A DNA stretch of 52,297 bases from the NCBI RefSeq assembly GCF_001194135.2, contig NC_068984.1:48393606-48445902 (forward strand), read 5' to 3'. Below are positions 37,620 to 49,865 of this stretch, one piece after another. Each line of letters starts with the position of its first letter. Positions within the stretch are counted from its first letter, which is position 1. The stretch is from Octopus bimaculoides. Lineage: Eukaryota. A program made the translations under genes and the position numbers. The notes under the pieces are model-generated. The model was not told the DNA's origin and did no database searches. It saw only the letters and a program-made list of their open reading frames with translations.

Positions 37620-39451
37620 GTGAGTGAATTCATACTAATGTACTTGCGTGAAAAATGGTTGCATTATGTTTAAGATGACTGCCATGTAGCAGCACTTTCT
37701 AAGTGTGAAAGTGATACCTGATATTGGTTCTAAGAGACACGTGTAGAGAGTTAATAGTTGATGAGACCTGACACATCCGCTGCGTTTCATAAAAACGGTC
37801 AGTATTTATGTTTCTCATAGTTTTTGCTTGTCTGAGTACGTGTCTTCCCAAGTATCATTGATGGGGAAGTGTAGTTGCATGATTAAAAGGAATGGTATAA
37901 TATTGACTTCGTACTTCTTAATGAAAGAAGATTAGCATAATTCCATTCATAAATATTTTTGAGACCTCTGTTCATAGAATCTTTACGTCCATGCTTTCTC
38001 GTAGCTAAACAACAGCATTAAGAACCTATATACCACACAAAAATTGATGCCAAATTAAATCATTAGTACATTTAAATTCCCTTAAGTCATTTCAATAACG
38101 CTCCTAGTAATATATGAAACGTATAATTTCCGTGAACAATGAAGCCTCTTACATTGCATTTCAACAGAGCAGAGAAACCTTTATTTTGCTCCAAGTCAGC
38201 CTTTACTGGGCAGTCCTTTGTTTCTTCTATAGTATTATTTCAGGTAATATCTGAATAAGGTGTGACTACTTGCCTAGCTGATTCATTGATTTCTGAGAGC
38301 CTCCATCATCACTCTGATATGAAGTAGTGTTGAATAAGTCCTAGTATGAGGATGCAGAAGGGATTATGTGAAGAGAGAGAAATAAAGACCGTGAATATCA
38401 AAGCTGGTACTCTATTTCCAGTCGTGTAGCCACTCCACCGGTACTTTGTCTCTGACCAGGTGAAGAGTGTCAGAGAAATATACATATACAGAGTATTCGG
38501 GCGAAATTTCACAATTTCATGGGCCATTTTTCATAAACAGCTTGATATATTGGAGAGAGCGGAGAGAGAGAAAGAGAGGGAGACAGAGACAGACAGAGAC
38601 ACACAGGCAGACAGATAGATAGATAAGGAGAGAGACAGGAAGACAGAAAGAGAGACAGAGAAACAAACAGACGGACTGATAGGCAGTCAAGCAGACAGAG
38701 AGAGAGAGACAGACAGACAGATAAATAGGAACATACATACATGCAAACTTACATACGTACGTACATACATACATACATACATACACACATACATACATAC
38801 ATACATACATACATACATACGTACATATACGTGTATGTTGAAAATCATTAATTAGATAATTTATACTTTTATACAATAAACAAATTAAAAGAAAGCAAAT
38901 GATTTTTCGCTGGAATGCTGATAACTCTATGATAAATATATATATAAAAAGAAAATCATGAATATAATTGAAATGCAAACTAGGTTTCGAACAACACTGA
39001 ATATAGTGTATATAGGGACGTAGCCTAAACTGCGAAACATTCCAATTAATGTGGTGTCCTTTCAAACATCAGCCCCAACCATTTCTGCATATTTCTGATA
39101 ATATTTTTATTAGATTGCATAATAATATCTTTGATAATGAAGATTCTCAAATTTTATATGATACGATATCTTATCACATTAGATCATATCATATAATATA
39201 ATATCATATGAAATATTTCAATCTCTGACAAGTTAATATTCGTAGGGAACTCACTCACATACACAGACTAAACACATAAGCACACACATACACACAAATG
39301 TGCGTATATATATGTGTGTGAGTCGGTGTGCGAGCGCGCGCGTGTGTGTCCGCAAACATATACTCGAAATACCGAATCAAATATACCCGCTCAAAGCATT
39401 TGTGTATATTCATTTGTGTGTATACCCGTTTCCATGTACAACGGAATGGCC

Positions 39452-39496
<45 letters not shown>

Positions 39497-40859
39497 NNNN
39501 NNNNNNNNNNNNNNNNNNNNNNNNNNNNNNNNNNNNNNNNNNNNNNNNNNNNNNNNNNNNNNNNNNNNNNNNNNNNNNNNNNNNNNNNNNNNNNNNNNNN
39601 NNNNNNNNNNNNNNNNNNNNNNNNNNNNNNNNNNNNNNNNNNNNNNNNNNNNNNNNNNNNNNNNNNNNNNNNNNNNNNNNNNNNNNNNNNNNNNNNNNNN
39701 NNNNNNNNNNNNNNNNNNNNNNNNNNNNNNNNNNNNNNNNNNNNNNNNNNNNNNNNNNATATATATATATATATATGCATACATACATACATACATACAT
39801 ACATACGTACATACAAACTCGCCCACCCACACTAGCAGAAACATACAGAAATTAATACATGCGCTTCAGAATGTACATACATGCACATATTTATACACAC
39901 TCTCACATTCACACACTAATGTTCATAACAGATATATGTTTAAAAATATTGTTGATGTTTAATATAAATCATGATATATTGACAAGTGGAGGGAAAATAT
40001 AGTGGTGATGATGATAATGATGATTATGAGGAAGGGGATGAAGAGGAGTAGGAGGATGAGAAGAGGTGTGCTAGAGGGTCGCAATGACGATGACGATGAC
40101 GACGATGATGATGATGTTGAAAAGGAGGAGAATAAATATGTTGTTGATCGAGGGAGTGTTAGTGTATTTGTTGCAAGGAAGCCACTGTTGATATGATGTT
40201 TAAACTGCTATGGTGATGATTAATTTCAATATTTACTTAGATTATCATATAACAATAACAGTGATGTTATAATCACATACACTACTCCAATTACAATGGT
40301 AAAGAAAAAATTTAAACCCGAAATAAAATTGAAGAATGACAAAAATCAGATAAGTGAATGGAGAGTAGAAAGAACGAAAATAAAACCAACGTATAAGAGA
40401 CAGGTGGGGTTAAATAACGTCCGAGATCATATCGATCTTGTTTTCTAAATTTGTTTTCTAAAAAGTTATATTTTATTTTTAGATGAATGACTAAGTGTTT
40501 TCTGCTTTCAAAGAACAACACTGTCTCCTTCAAACCATGACTTGCAGAAAATAGTTATTAAATCACCCACAAACTTCTCTTTAACACTTTAAAATTAGAT
40601 CGGATAGTATAGTTCTAGATAAATTATGTGTTGGAATAATAAGGAGATAGCCACGAATGGAAAGTATTTCATAATTGCTCTGTTCAATCAGGGATGATCT
40701 TTGGATTTAGTTTTGTTGATGAATATAGCTGGTGAACTTATCGCAGTTCCAGCCGGGACTTACACTATCGTTCCTTAGGTGATGAAAGTCAGAATTAAAA
40801 AAAATGAATATGTAGTGCAGAACGCAAAAGTTTGTCCGTTTTCGGTGATTTAATCTTCA

Positions 40860-40980
40860 TGTTACTTGCCAAGTTACTGAACCGCAACACAACTGCTACT
40901 CAACACTCCTACCACGGCCAGACTACCTCTATTTATATGTCTTAGGAGTTCCTACTTTTTCGCCTGGGGGCGTCGACACA
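40860..40980 (-). repeat. Dispersed LTR-like repeat, copy 1
   Basis: Reverse complement begins TGTGTCGACGCCCCCAGGCGAA and contains ATATAAATAG; matches 49357-49470. Confidence 0.55.
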
Positions 40981-43111
40981 ATAATCGTATAGATAATGAT
41001 TTACCTTACTGGCAATTTACTTACTTTAGGTTAAATAAAGTTCATTTAATTAACGCAAGTTTTTTTTTCCTGCGCTTATTATGACAACGGTTTTAGACTT
41101 ACAACAGAATAAGTATACGCTTACATATCTTGAAAATTTAGATGAAAAGTATGAATCAAAAAGGGATTTTATAATGTTGCCACCAACTTCGTAGTCACGT
41201 CACTTTGTATTAATTTCTCCTAAGTAAATATTTCAAATTCATCATAGATTTGGTTACAAGGAACAAAGATTCATAGTGGTTGTCTGAAATAAACTTTCTA
41301 TGTGGAATATAGAAAACCTCGGAATAAATATGAAGAAAATACCCAGGCATTCGATTCTTTGAAAGATACACAGTAGGCGATTCTTTGGGTCATTTTGAAT
41401 AGAGGCACACATCAGTCTCAATTTCAAGAATAGCATACAGTAAAACAATATCAGTTTGGGCTACTTGTGCATTCTGATCACACACAGTGATCAGTATAAT
41501 CAATTTATCATACATCGTTGAAGATATCATTTCTAGATTCTAAATGCTATGAATGCCCTGCTCAATTTTCAAGATGCAAATTTGAAATTTAATTAAGTGA
41601 GAACTAACAAGGAATAAAATTAATAAACATAAGAAGAAGTTAAAAAGGAAAAACAAATTCAGAAACGTATAAAACAAATCCAGAAATTGCAAGTGCACAA
41701 AGTTAATTGAGAAACAATTTCTTTCAAAATAAGTCGAAATAATAGTTCATAAATGATTCTGCGACACCCATCACGGAGGCAGCTCTGTGGTGACAACCAG
41801 GTATATAAAAAAAGAAATACAACCCCGAAACGATCTAAGTTTATTCTGAAATGGAAAATATCCTGTATGAAAAGCTGGGGTGCAAATCATATGTTGGGGA
41901 TGTTTAATTAAATATGGTGAATATAGACATCAGGAAGCGAAATGTCACTTCATCGAGGTGTATTAACTTTTTTCTTATGAGCCAAATACCTGGCTAACAT
42001 GTGCAAGTTGGTTGCAGCACAGCGCTGACAATATACTGGACAAAACAAATGGAATCACCCTAATATTCAGAACTTGAATGAGCGAATTAAGAACACATAA
42101 GGTGATAAAGAAATGGGAATGGAATGAAAAATATGACGCAGGTGGATATAGAGTCGTAGCACTATTTAGATTATAGAACAACTTTAGTGCTGAAAAATAC
42201 GTAGACAAACTTTGAATAAGTACATTTCCATGCGGATTTACTTATTGAGCGAGAATGAACGTAAATTTATCAAACGCATACGTTGGAAACTATTCGAAAT
42301 TTCTCAAAGCCAGTAGATTAGGAACATTATCCAGCAATCAGTCCTTGATAGGTGGAGAATAATACACTAGATTTTAACATACTGGCCTATAGAAATATGA
42401 AAGGACTGAGGGAAAACCCAGCGCTAGTCTAATTTGCCCTCTGCACATGATGAAGTTACTCGCCTTCCTGCTTCGTAAACAAAACAAGAACAAGACAATT
42501 CAAACTTCTACAGGATTTATATCTTATATCAGAGATTTCTCGGAAGGTATAATGTTATAGTGCTTTCGTTTAATCCACTTGTAAGAAAAATAGTTCTTCC
42601 ATATTTTCAGAATAGTATATGTAAAAAATTTAAAAGCAGTAACCAATGCTTTGTATAAAAAAGTTACTATTAAATTAATTGTAAGTTATCAAACAATTAT
42701 TTCAAGTTTTAAAATCTCTTTTTTTATCATTCTCAAACACAAAAGATAACAATGGAAACGCATAAATTTTTTAAACTGAAAATTTATCCATACCTCAGTC
42801 AATATAAAATACAACCCCTTGTATTTCAAATACAGATTTGAGTATTCCTAAGGTTACTTAGTGTTATAAATCTAAATTGCTAGGACAGTATTTTGTGAAT
42901 ATTCTGAGAGGAAAATGCACACACACATGCACGCAGTCGCACACGCACACATACGCACATACACATAAACATATACATATTTACACAGACACACACACAT
43001 ATACACACACATATGAATATATTACAGATAGAAGCTTTTAAATAGCAGCTTGCTTCTCATGATTAATGATTTACTAAAACTTAAATTTCATTTAAGGAAT
43101 CGATCACTTAC

Positions 43112-43216
43112 CGTACGTTTTTCTCTATAGAATTTGTCACCAATTCTATGACATTAAGCGCTAGGCCTTGATAAACGTGCCTACGAAACCAATGTATTCA
43201 AATGTGCAGCAACCTT
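43112..43216 (-). other. Exon-like segment with no open frame
   Basis: Acceptor ATTTACATTCAG and donor ACG|GTAAGT; all frames contain stops. Confidence 0.22.
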
Positions 43217-43949
43217 CTGAATGTAAATTATAACATTTTTACTCGAAATTGTCTTCGAAAATACCCCATTCTTACTACTCAGTCACACTGGTATTCTCAA
43301 AGGTATTAATAGAGCAGTGCTCATATTAAATACATTATGTAGGGGGTTCTGTTGTATGATGAGAACTACTTCTTGTGGAATTGAAAAACTTCCACATTAT
43401 AATCCTTGTTTCCATAAAGCGGCAATGATATTTCTGCATTCCTATAGCTCTGAATTATATCTTCAGTACTTTAGTTTATAGTGTGTAGGTACATACATTA
43501 ATAGTTTGTAAGCGTATATATTGATTTAAGCTACAAATATATTTATTTATTGATTGATTTAAGCTACATATGTATTATTTATTTATTAAAGGCAATTTCA
43601 GTTGTTCTCAATTAACGAGCTTCTTGGCCGTTTAATTATAATACAGTATTTATTTATTTTGTTGTTGTAAGAACGTGTTATTACTTCTTTGTTTATAAAT
43701 TTATATGATTTTCAAAATCTTATTTTGTTTTATTTCCCTTTTTCATTTCAATTTTAATGAGCAATTTATTATATTATATTCTATAATACTGAGCGTGTTT
43801 CATAGATAATGATCTGAACTTGCCCTTTTCCTCGTACATTGTTTGAGGACATTGTTTACGAGATGTTCTGTTCCACCAATCTTTATTAGGCTTCATTTTG
43901 GTATGATATCATGTTCGTGATGTGATGTTGATTTAGAAAAAAAGCATCT

Positions 43950-45345
43950 ATTAATCTATGTTTGTCGCATTGTCTGCAAGTCGTTTCTGGAACAAATTCT
44001 TTGTTATAGATACAACTTTGTAGCTATAAGTTATCACTATTTGTTTCCTGTGATGGTGTTACTAATAGTAAGAGACTCGTGGATACGTAGTCGGCGTACA
44101 TATTTTTAACACCGTTGACAACACTGGTTCATTCGAATTTGGAGGTTTCTTTCTAGAGGTCGCGAAGACTCAAGAGGACACGAGACAAAGAGGTTGGATT
44201 CTCTTCCTTGCATCTAAGCAAATGCATTTGCTGCGTGTAACTTTCCTTTAAGTCATCCCTGTGTAGTACCTTGTGAATAAGTAGTACCTTATGATGTTAT
44301 TAAATGGTGTGAGGATGGCTCTGTAGGCTACAACCCTTGAAATGCAAGTTACTACTAAAGGACAGTTGGTAGGGTTTTGAAAATTACAAGTTGGAATTGG
44401 CGGTTGTGTGGGTGCAATTTTGCGTCTGTCGTAGACTGCAGTGTTAGAAACAATGTTATCTAAGCAGGAGTTGCTCGCCTTGACGTTATTTCAGTTGAAA
44501 AGCTTATAGTATTTATGGAGGGAAATGTTTCTAACTCAATGACTGGAAAACCGTAACCAAGTTGGTCAAGCCTTCTAGGTAAAATGTAGGGTTGAACAAA
44601 GTTGTCTTTCTCCTTCTGGTCCTCTTCCAGTGCATGAGTGGGGGTCGTCTATATGTGCTAACTTCTCAAATAATTCTTTTCTCGTCAATGCGTCATTTTA
44701 ATAGATAATGGTTCTCTTTAGGATCCCTCTATCGGCTGAAAACTTAAACATTCTTCTGCTAGTGCCTAAACTGGGTTTAAAATTACAGCAGGTGTGTGAT
44801 TCGAGCTGCTGCGAATATGCACAGTTCCTCTGTCGGACGACTTTGTGTAAGGGTGGTACATACCCGTTTTCAGTTCTAGTGTAGGAAGCCGAATGTTCCT
44901 ATTTCTGTCTCCTTTTTTCTGGAGACTTTGTGATCTCCGAAATGAAATCTCCAACAACGAATTGACTATCACCAACGGGGCCCACCTTTACTCATGGACT
45001 GGCCAAATTCTTAGAATACTTTTCGCAGGTCCTTCGAAAACATGTTCATCGCATGGCCATTCATATGACTTGATATTGCCTGGCCATGGTCCCTGTAATG
45101 CACGTATGACAATAAAACTTGTCAAATTATGCATATCTTCTTTGCAGCTGATAAATTGTATTTCATTATTGGATAAAAATAGTGCTTTGTAAATCTTTTC
45201 CCACATATCAATTATGGACATTCTCCATATGCACAAAGATCATATCTCTTGTTATTAAATCCTGATACGGGCAAGAGGTGAAATTTGTGAGGTTTACGAG
45301 CTTACTTTCTTGCTCAAAATGTACAACACGACTTAAGTGATTTGA
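43950..45345 (-). mobile_element. Decayed Penelope-like element: RT C-terminal part plus GIY-YIG endonuclease
   Basis: Remnants YRDHGQAI, LELKTGMYHPYTK...HIRSSSNHTPAVI, HKYYKLFN*NNVKASNSCLDNI, CNFQNPTNCPL...SRVVAYRA and KESYTQQ...NPTSLSR, in PLE order. Confidence 0.8.
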
Positions 45346-45574
45346 CACAGCAACGAAGTCATCATCAGATTACCAAGGCACATACAAAATACACACATGG
45401 ACGGAAACTTGCACACATGTAGGTATTTATTTTCTTGTGTACAAACTCTAGAAAGAATTTAGACTCACCTCAAAAGTTGTACTAACGACCAGAATGGCAC
45501 TTCTCTCCACACAATCATGTATATGTGACTCTGTGTGTTTTTATATACGTACATGTGTAGGGGTGTGTGTGAAT

Positions 45575-45890
45575 GTGCATAGCTCAGTAGTTACAGCGTC
45601 GAGCTCACAATAATGAGGCAATGAGTTCGATTTCCAGACCGGGCTCTGTGTTGTGTTCCTAAGCAATACCTTGCTCCAGTTCACTCACCTGTAGAAATTA
45701 GGTGCGACGTCACTGGTGAGATGTTGTATCGGCTTTTGCTTTTCCCTTGGATAATATTGGTGGCGAGTACAGTGGAGGTTGGTATGCATGGGTGACTACA
45801 GGTCTTCCATAAAGAACCTTGCCCCGACTTGTGCCTCGGAGAGTAACTTTCTAGGTACAATTCCATGCTCAATCATGACTGAAGATGGTG
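45575..45890 (+). mobile_element. tRNA-derived SINE family C, full length, RTE-like tail
   Basis: A-box TAGCTCAGTAGTTA (45580), B-box GAGTTCGATTTC (45623), tail CATGACTGAAG. Confidence 0.88.
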
Positions 45891-45947
45891 TTTTATATAT
45901 ANNNNNNNNNNNNTATATATAAATAAAAATGTATATATATATAAATG

Positions 45948-45978
<31 letters not shown>

Positions 45979-45989
45979 ACATTTATATA

Positions 45990-46221
45990 ATGGGCATTAC
46001 TACAGAAAAATAATGCCACACACTGGACTTCTCAAAATAACCACATTTAGTACCGAATGCGAGGAAAAACAACCAACAGAAAAAGACCAACTTCTTTTTA
46101 AATAACTCAACTATGTAACGACCGATTTCGCGATTACTAGAATGAATCTAGATTTCGCTCATCAGCATAGTATTGTTAAAAAAATATATATAAATAAACA
46201 GAATTCTCACCTCAACAAAAA
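45990..46221 (-). mobile_element. Probable Penelope pseudo-LTR (ribozyme- and intron-bearing)
   Basis: Carries the hammerhead and GT-AG signals; same strand as, and upstream of, the PLE body. Confidence 0.55.
46108..46175 (-). ncRNA. Type I minimal hammerhead ribozyme
   Basis: ACUAUG-CUGAUGA-GCGA[AAU CUAGA UUCAU UCUAG UAA]UCGC-GAAA-UCGGUCG-UUA-CAUAGU: intact core, stems I and II pair, stem III is a near-palindrome. Confidence 0.8.
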
Positions 46222-46451
46222 CGAGCTCACAATAATGAGGCAATGAGTTCGATTTCCAGACCGGGCTCTGTGTTGTGTTCCTAAGCAATACCTTGCTCCA
46301 GTTCACTCACCTGTAGAAATTAGGTGCGACGTCACTGGTGAGATGTTGTATCGGCTTTTGCTTTTCCCTTGGATAATATTGGTGGCGAGTACAGTGGAGG
46401 TTGGTATGCATGGGTGACTACAGGTCTTCCATAAAGAACCTTGCCCCGACT
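46222..46451 (+). repeat. Exact 230-bp duplicate of 45600-45829 (SINE interior)
   Basis: Identical by eye from CGAGCTCACAAT to GCCCCGACT. Confidence 0.92.
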
Positions 46452-46474
46452 GAAAAGAATTAAAGAATAACAAA

Positions 46475-46565
<91 letters not shown>

Positions 46566-48539
46566 AGACAAGGAATAAATACTAGTCATTGCATATTGCG
46601 TTATATATATATATATAGTTGCATATCTTAGTCACGTAATGTACACACACAGGCACACTTACACACAGACACAATGACTGGATTAAATGCAAACTTTAGA
46701 TATCTAAACTTGAAGCCAATATATTTAACATCATTGTAACAAATTCCAAGGACAATCTACAACTTTTACGCCTCCCGTCCAACCAACACCTTTTCATCAA
46801 CGCCATAACATATCACAGCATCATCAACATTAACACTGACACCAAGACTACAGCGCAATCCGCTGGTGAAGTGTTGCACAATCTTACTTATAAATTGAAA
46901 TAACAGCAAATTCGTTGATGATGGAGAGGTTTGCTTAAATTTGAATATCTTGCTGCCGGCAACTTGGGCAAGTTCGCAATAAATTATGCAATGGTTTGCT
47001 TGACAATGCACTAGAGAGATGGCCAGCTATAACGTGAACGAGTGATGGTATGAGATAGACAGGGAGAGAGATAAGAAATGTAGGTTGTGATGACTGAGGG
47101 GTGCTAACTAATGTAAAATTGATGATATAGTGTGTGTGTGAAAAATATACATATCCTTTCTCGTTCACATCATCTATATAGCTAAATATTTAAATAGAAA
47201 CAAACATGAAAGTATGTAGGGATTCGTACGCATGCAGATATATACAACTATACACATATTTATTTAATACATATTATTTTCATATGAATTCATATATATT
47301 TGTGTGCATACACATGCATTGAATCACGTACAAATATGCACATACATATATATGTACATAAACGTACAGAAATACAAGATATACTATGGCATGTTACATA
47401 TTGTATCTTAGCGTTATATATATAATCAGTGAATATAGCATATATATNNNNNNNNNNNNNNNNNNNNNNNNNNNNNNNNNNNNNNNNNNNNNNNNNNNNN
47501 NNNNNNNNNNNNNNNNNNNNNNNNNNNNNNNNNNNNNNNNNNNNNNNNNNNNNNNNNNNNNNNNNNNNNNNNNNNNNNNNNNNNNNNNNNNNNNNNNNNN
47601 NNNNNNNNNNNNNNNNNNNNNNNNNNNNNNNNNNNNNNNNNNATATATATATATATATATATATAGACTAACTATTTAGTGTACGTTATTGCATGAAAGA
47701 AAACAAGTAAAGAAACATGGATCTGCATGAAGCCATGTGAGTCTCAGAATTATTTCTATTTCTTTTACTTTACGATGAAAGCCCTATGCTGAAGGTGCAG
47801 GTGTATAGCATCCATCAATTTTTATATAAGGGACTACATGTATATTACCTGCTACGACAGACATTTGGCCGCTAATCGTAGTAGCTTATTGTTCCGTTAG
47901 AAGTTGTTTTATTTCTTCTTATTTAGTAGTAATATAGATTAGAGCGAGAATTTCGTCCCTATGTATAACATGAACTACACTTTTCAAGGTCTTCTTGCTT
48001 ATTTAAGGCGCCATAGCATACGATTTGATGGAGATTGTCTCTGTCTGTCTGGTCATTGTTTTTCAGCCATCCTTCTGCTCGCTTCCTGCTCTCTCATTTT
48101 CTCTCCCTGTATCTCTAGCTTTGCACACATATGCTTATAGTTTTCGATTCCTGAAGTAATAAACAGTAAATATACAATGTTAAGCATTTAGTATCCAGAA
48201 ATTGTTAAATGTATATCGCTTTGCATGGGAAGAATCAAGAAAATAATAAATTACGTCAAGCTGCTAATACAAATGAATCTTTGTGATTATTTACAGTGTT
48301 TCCTAGGTACTACTTTAATATCCCACTGGTGGTCGTTCCTTGTGGTAGAAAGCTTGTGTGGTTCAGTATTTCTGAGAACAATGCCATCTAATACAATGCC
48401 ATATAATACTGTTAGCAGTGTGAACCAATAATAACAAAGACGGGAAAAGAGAGCCAGAATGAATATGATCAATCCGCATAAAGACTCTAATAACGGTACA
48501 ACAGATTTAGGCAATATAATGTTTGGTATCGCTTATATT

Positions 48540-48950
48540 TCAGCGCTGGAGAAGTGGTCATGTATCATATGCTGGATGGAAGGATCCCAAAAGACCGCCT
48601 GTATGGGGAACTGGTCACCGGGACAAGAGCACGAGGACAAGACATCATCTTCATTTCCAGGATGTCTGCAACAAAGATATGAAGTTAAGTGTTCAAGACG
48701 TCCTAAGATGGGAAAAGGTCACAAATGGTCGCCCACTGCGGATGGGAATGAAGGGAAGGGAAGAGAAACTGTAGCTTATCACCAACGAAAAGTGCACCTA
48801 AAGAGAGGAAAAACCAGTACCACCTGTAGAAATCTTCTTCAAATGCAGTCGCTTTATGTGTGGCCTCCACTCCCGTGTGGACCTCTACAGCCCCAAGTGC
48901 AACTGACAAGTATTCTTCAGTCACAGATGATGGTCACACGGGACTGACGT
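48540..48950 (+). mobile_element. 5'-truncated RTE-clade (BovB-like) LINE 3' end
   Basis: Remnants GHV..MLDGRIPKDRLYGELVTGTRARG, HFQDVCNKDMK and CSR..CGLHSRVDLYS; tail ATGGTCACACGGGACTGACG. Confidence 0.85.
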
Positions 48951-49356
48951 TGCTCATCGATTAAAATGCGACAGGATTTAGTTACCCCAGATCAAGAATT
49001 AAAATATCACTCTCTAGATAGAATCTCAAGCATGAATGTCACTCGAAACTCAGAGAAATACAGAATAACCAGAGGTAACAGAAAGCAATATAACTTCAGA
49101 AGTATACGGATGTCCATGACCTCAGAAAACTCTGTATTGCAATAAAAGATTGCGAATATCAACAGGTATCTTTCTAGCTGCAGACAACTCCAGAATGTTT
49201 GTAGATCCACAAGATATCTCTGAATGTTGGATGGGTTATTTGTATGCATTGTGTGCATGTGTGGGTTTCTCTGGGTGGCTATTTGTATATAAATAAACTG
49301 ATATATTGATAGAGACCCATGAAAAAGATACAATATATAGAAAACAGTATTAGCGT

Positions 49357-49470
49357 TGTGTCGACGCCCCCAGGCGAAGAAGTAGGAACACCCAAGACAT
49401 GTAAATAGAGGTAGTCTGGGCGTGGTAGGAGTGTTGAGTAGCAGTCGAGTAGCAGTTGTGTAGTGGTTGA
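49357..49470 (+). repeat. Dispersed LTR-like repeat, copy 2
   Basis: TGTGTCGACGCCCCCAGGCGAAGAAGTAGGAAC...AATAGAGGTAGTCTGG; inverted relative to copy 1. Confidence 0.55.
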
Positions 49471-49865
49471 GTAGAGACCATCCGAAGGTGCTAGACAGCA
49501 GTAGCTTGAGACATAACTATTAGAAATAGGAAAAGCAAAATATATATTTGGCCAGAAATGAAGCCACGTATTACAATTTTACACAGGAAGCTCATTGATA
49601 GAATTTGTGATGATCATGCATTTCCAAGACGCTGCTTGACTAGAAAAATAGTTTCAACGAGATATGGTGAGCTTCTGATTGAGCATATTCCATTTGTTTA
49701 GAAATAAGATCGGTTTTGCAATTTTTTAGATACTCACATGAAATTTCTGTAATAGTAACATTCTACCTCTAATTGATTGTTACATCTGAGGTGTCCTATT
49801 TTGTTTCATGTTAACCGAACAAATGTGGACTGTAGAGTAATGGCAATCTTCTCTCTTGGGAGCAG

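Noticed and set aside
38489-38515. TACAGAGTATTCGGGCGAAATTT, similar to the maT TIR
   Set aside because: Isolated; no partner TIR or transposase nearby.
45321-45375. CTGATGA-T-GAC...GTC hammerhead-like start on the minus strand
   Set aside because: GAAA is replaced by AAAT and no stem I pairing exists; at best a dead remnant.
45575-45650. tRNA gene
   Set aside because: A and B boxes are present but there is no cloverleaf; it continues into a SINE body.
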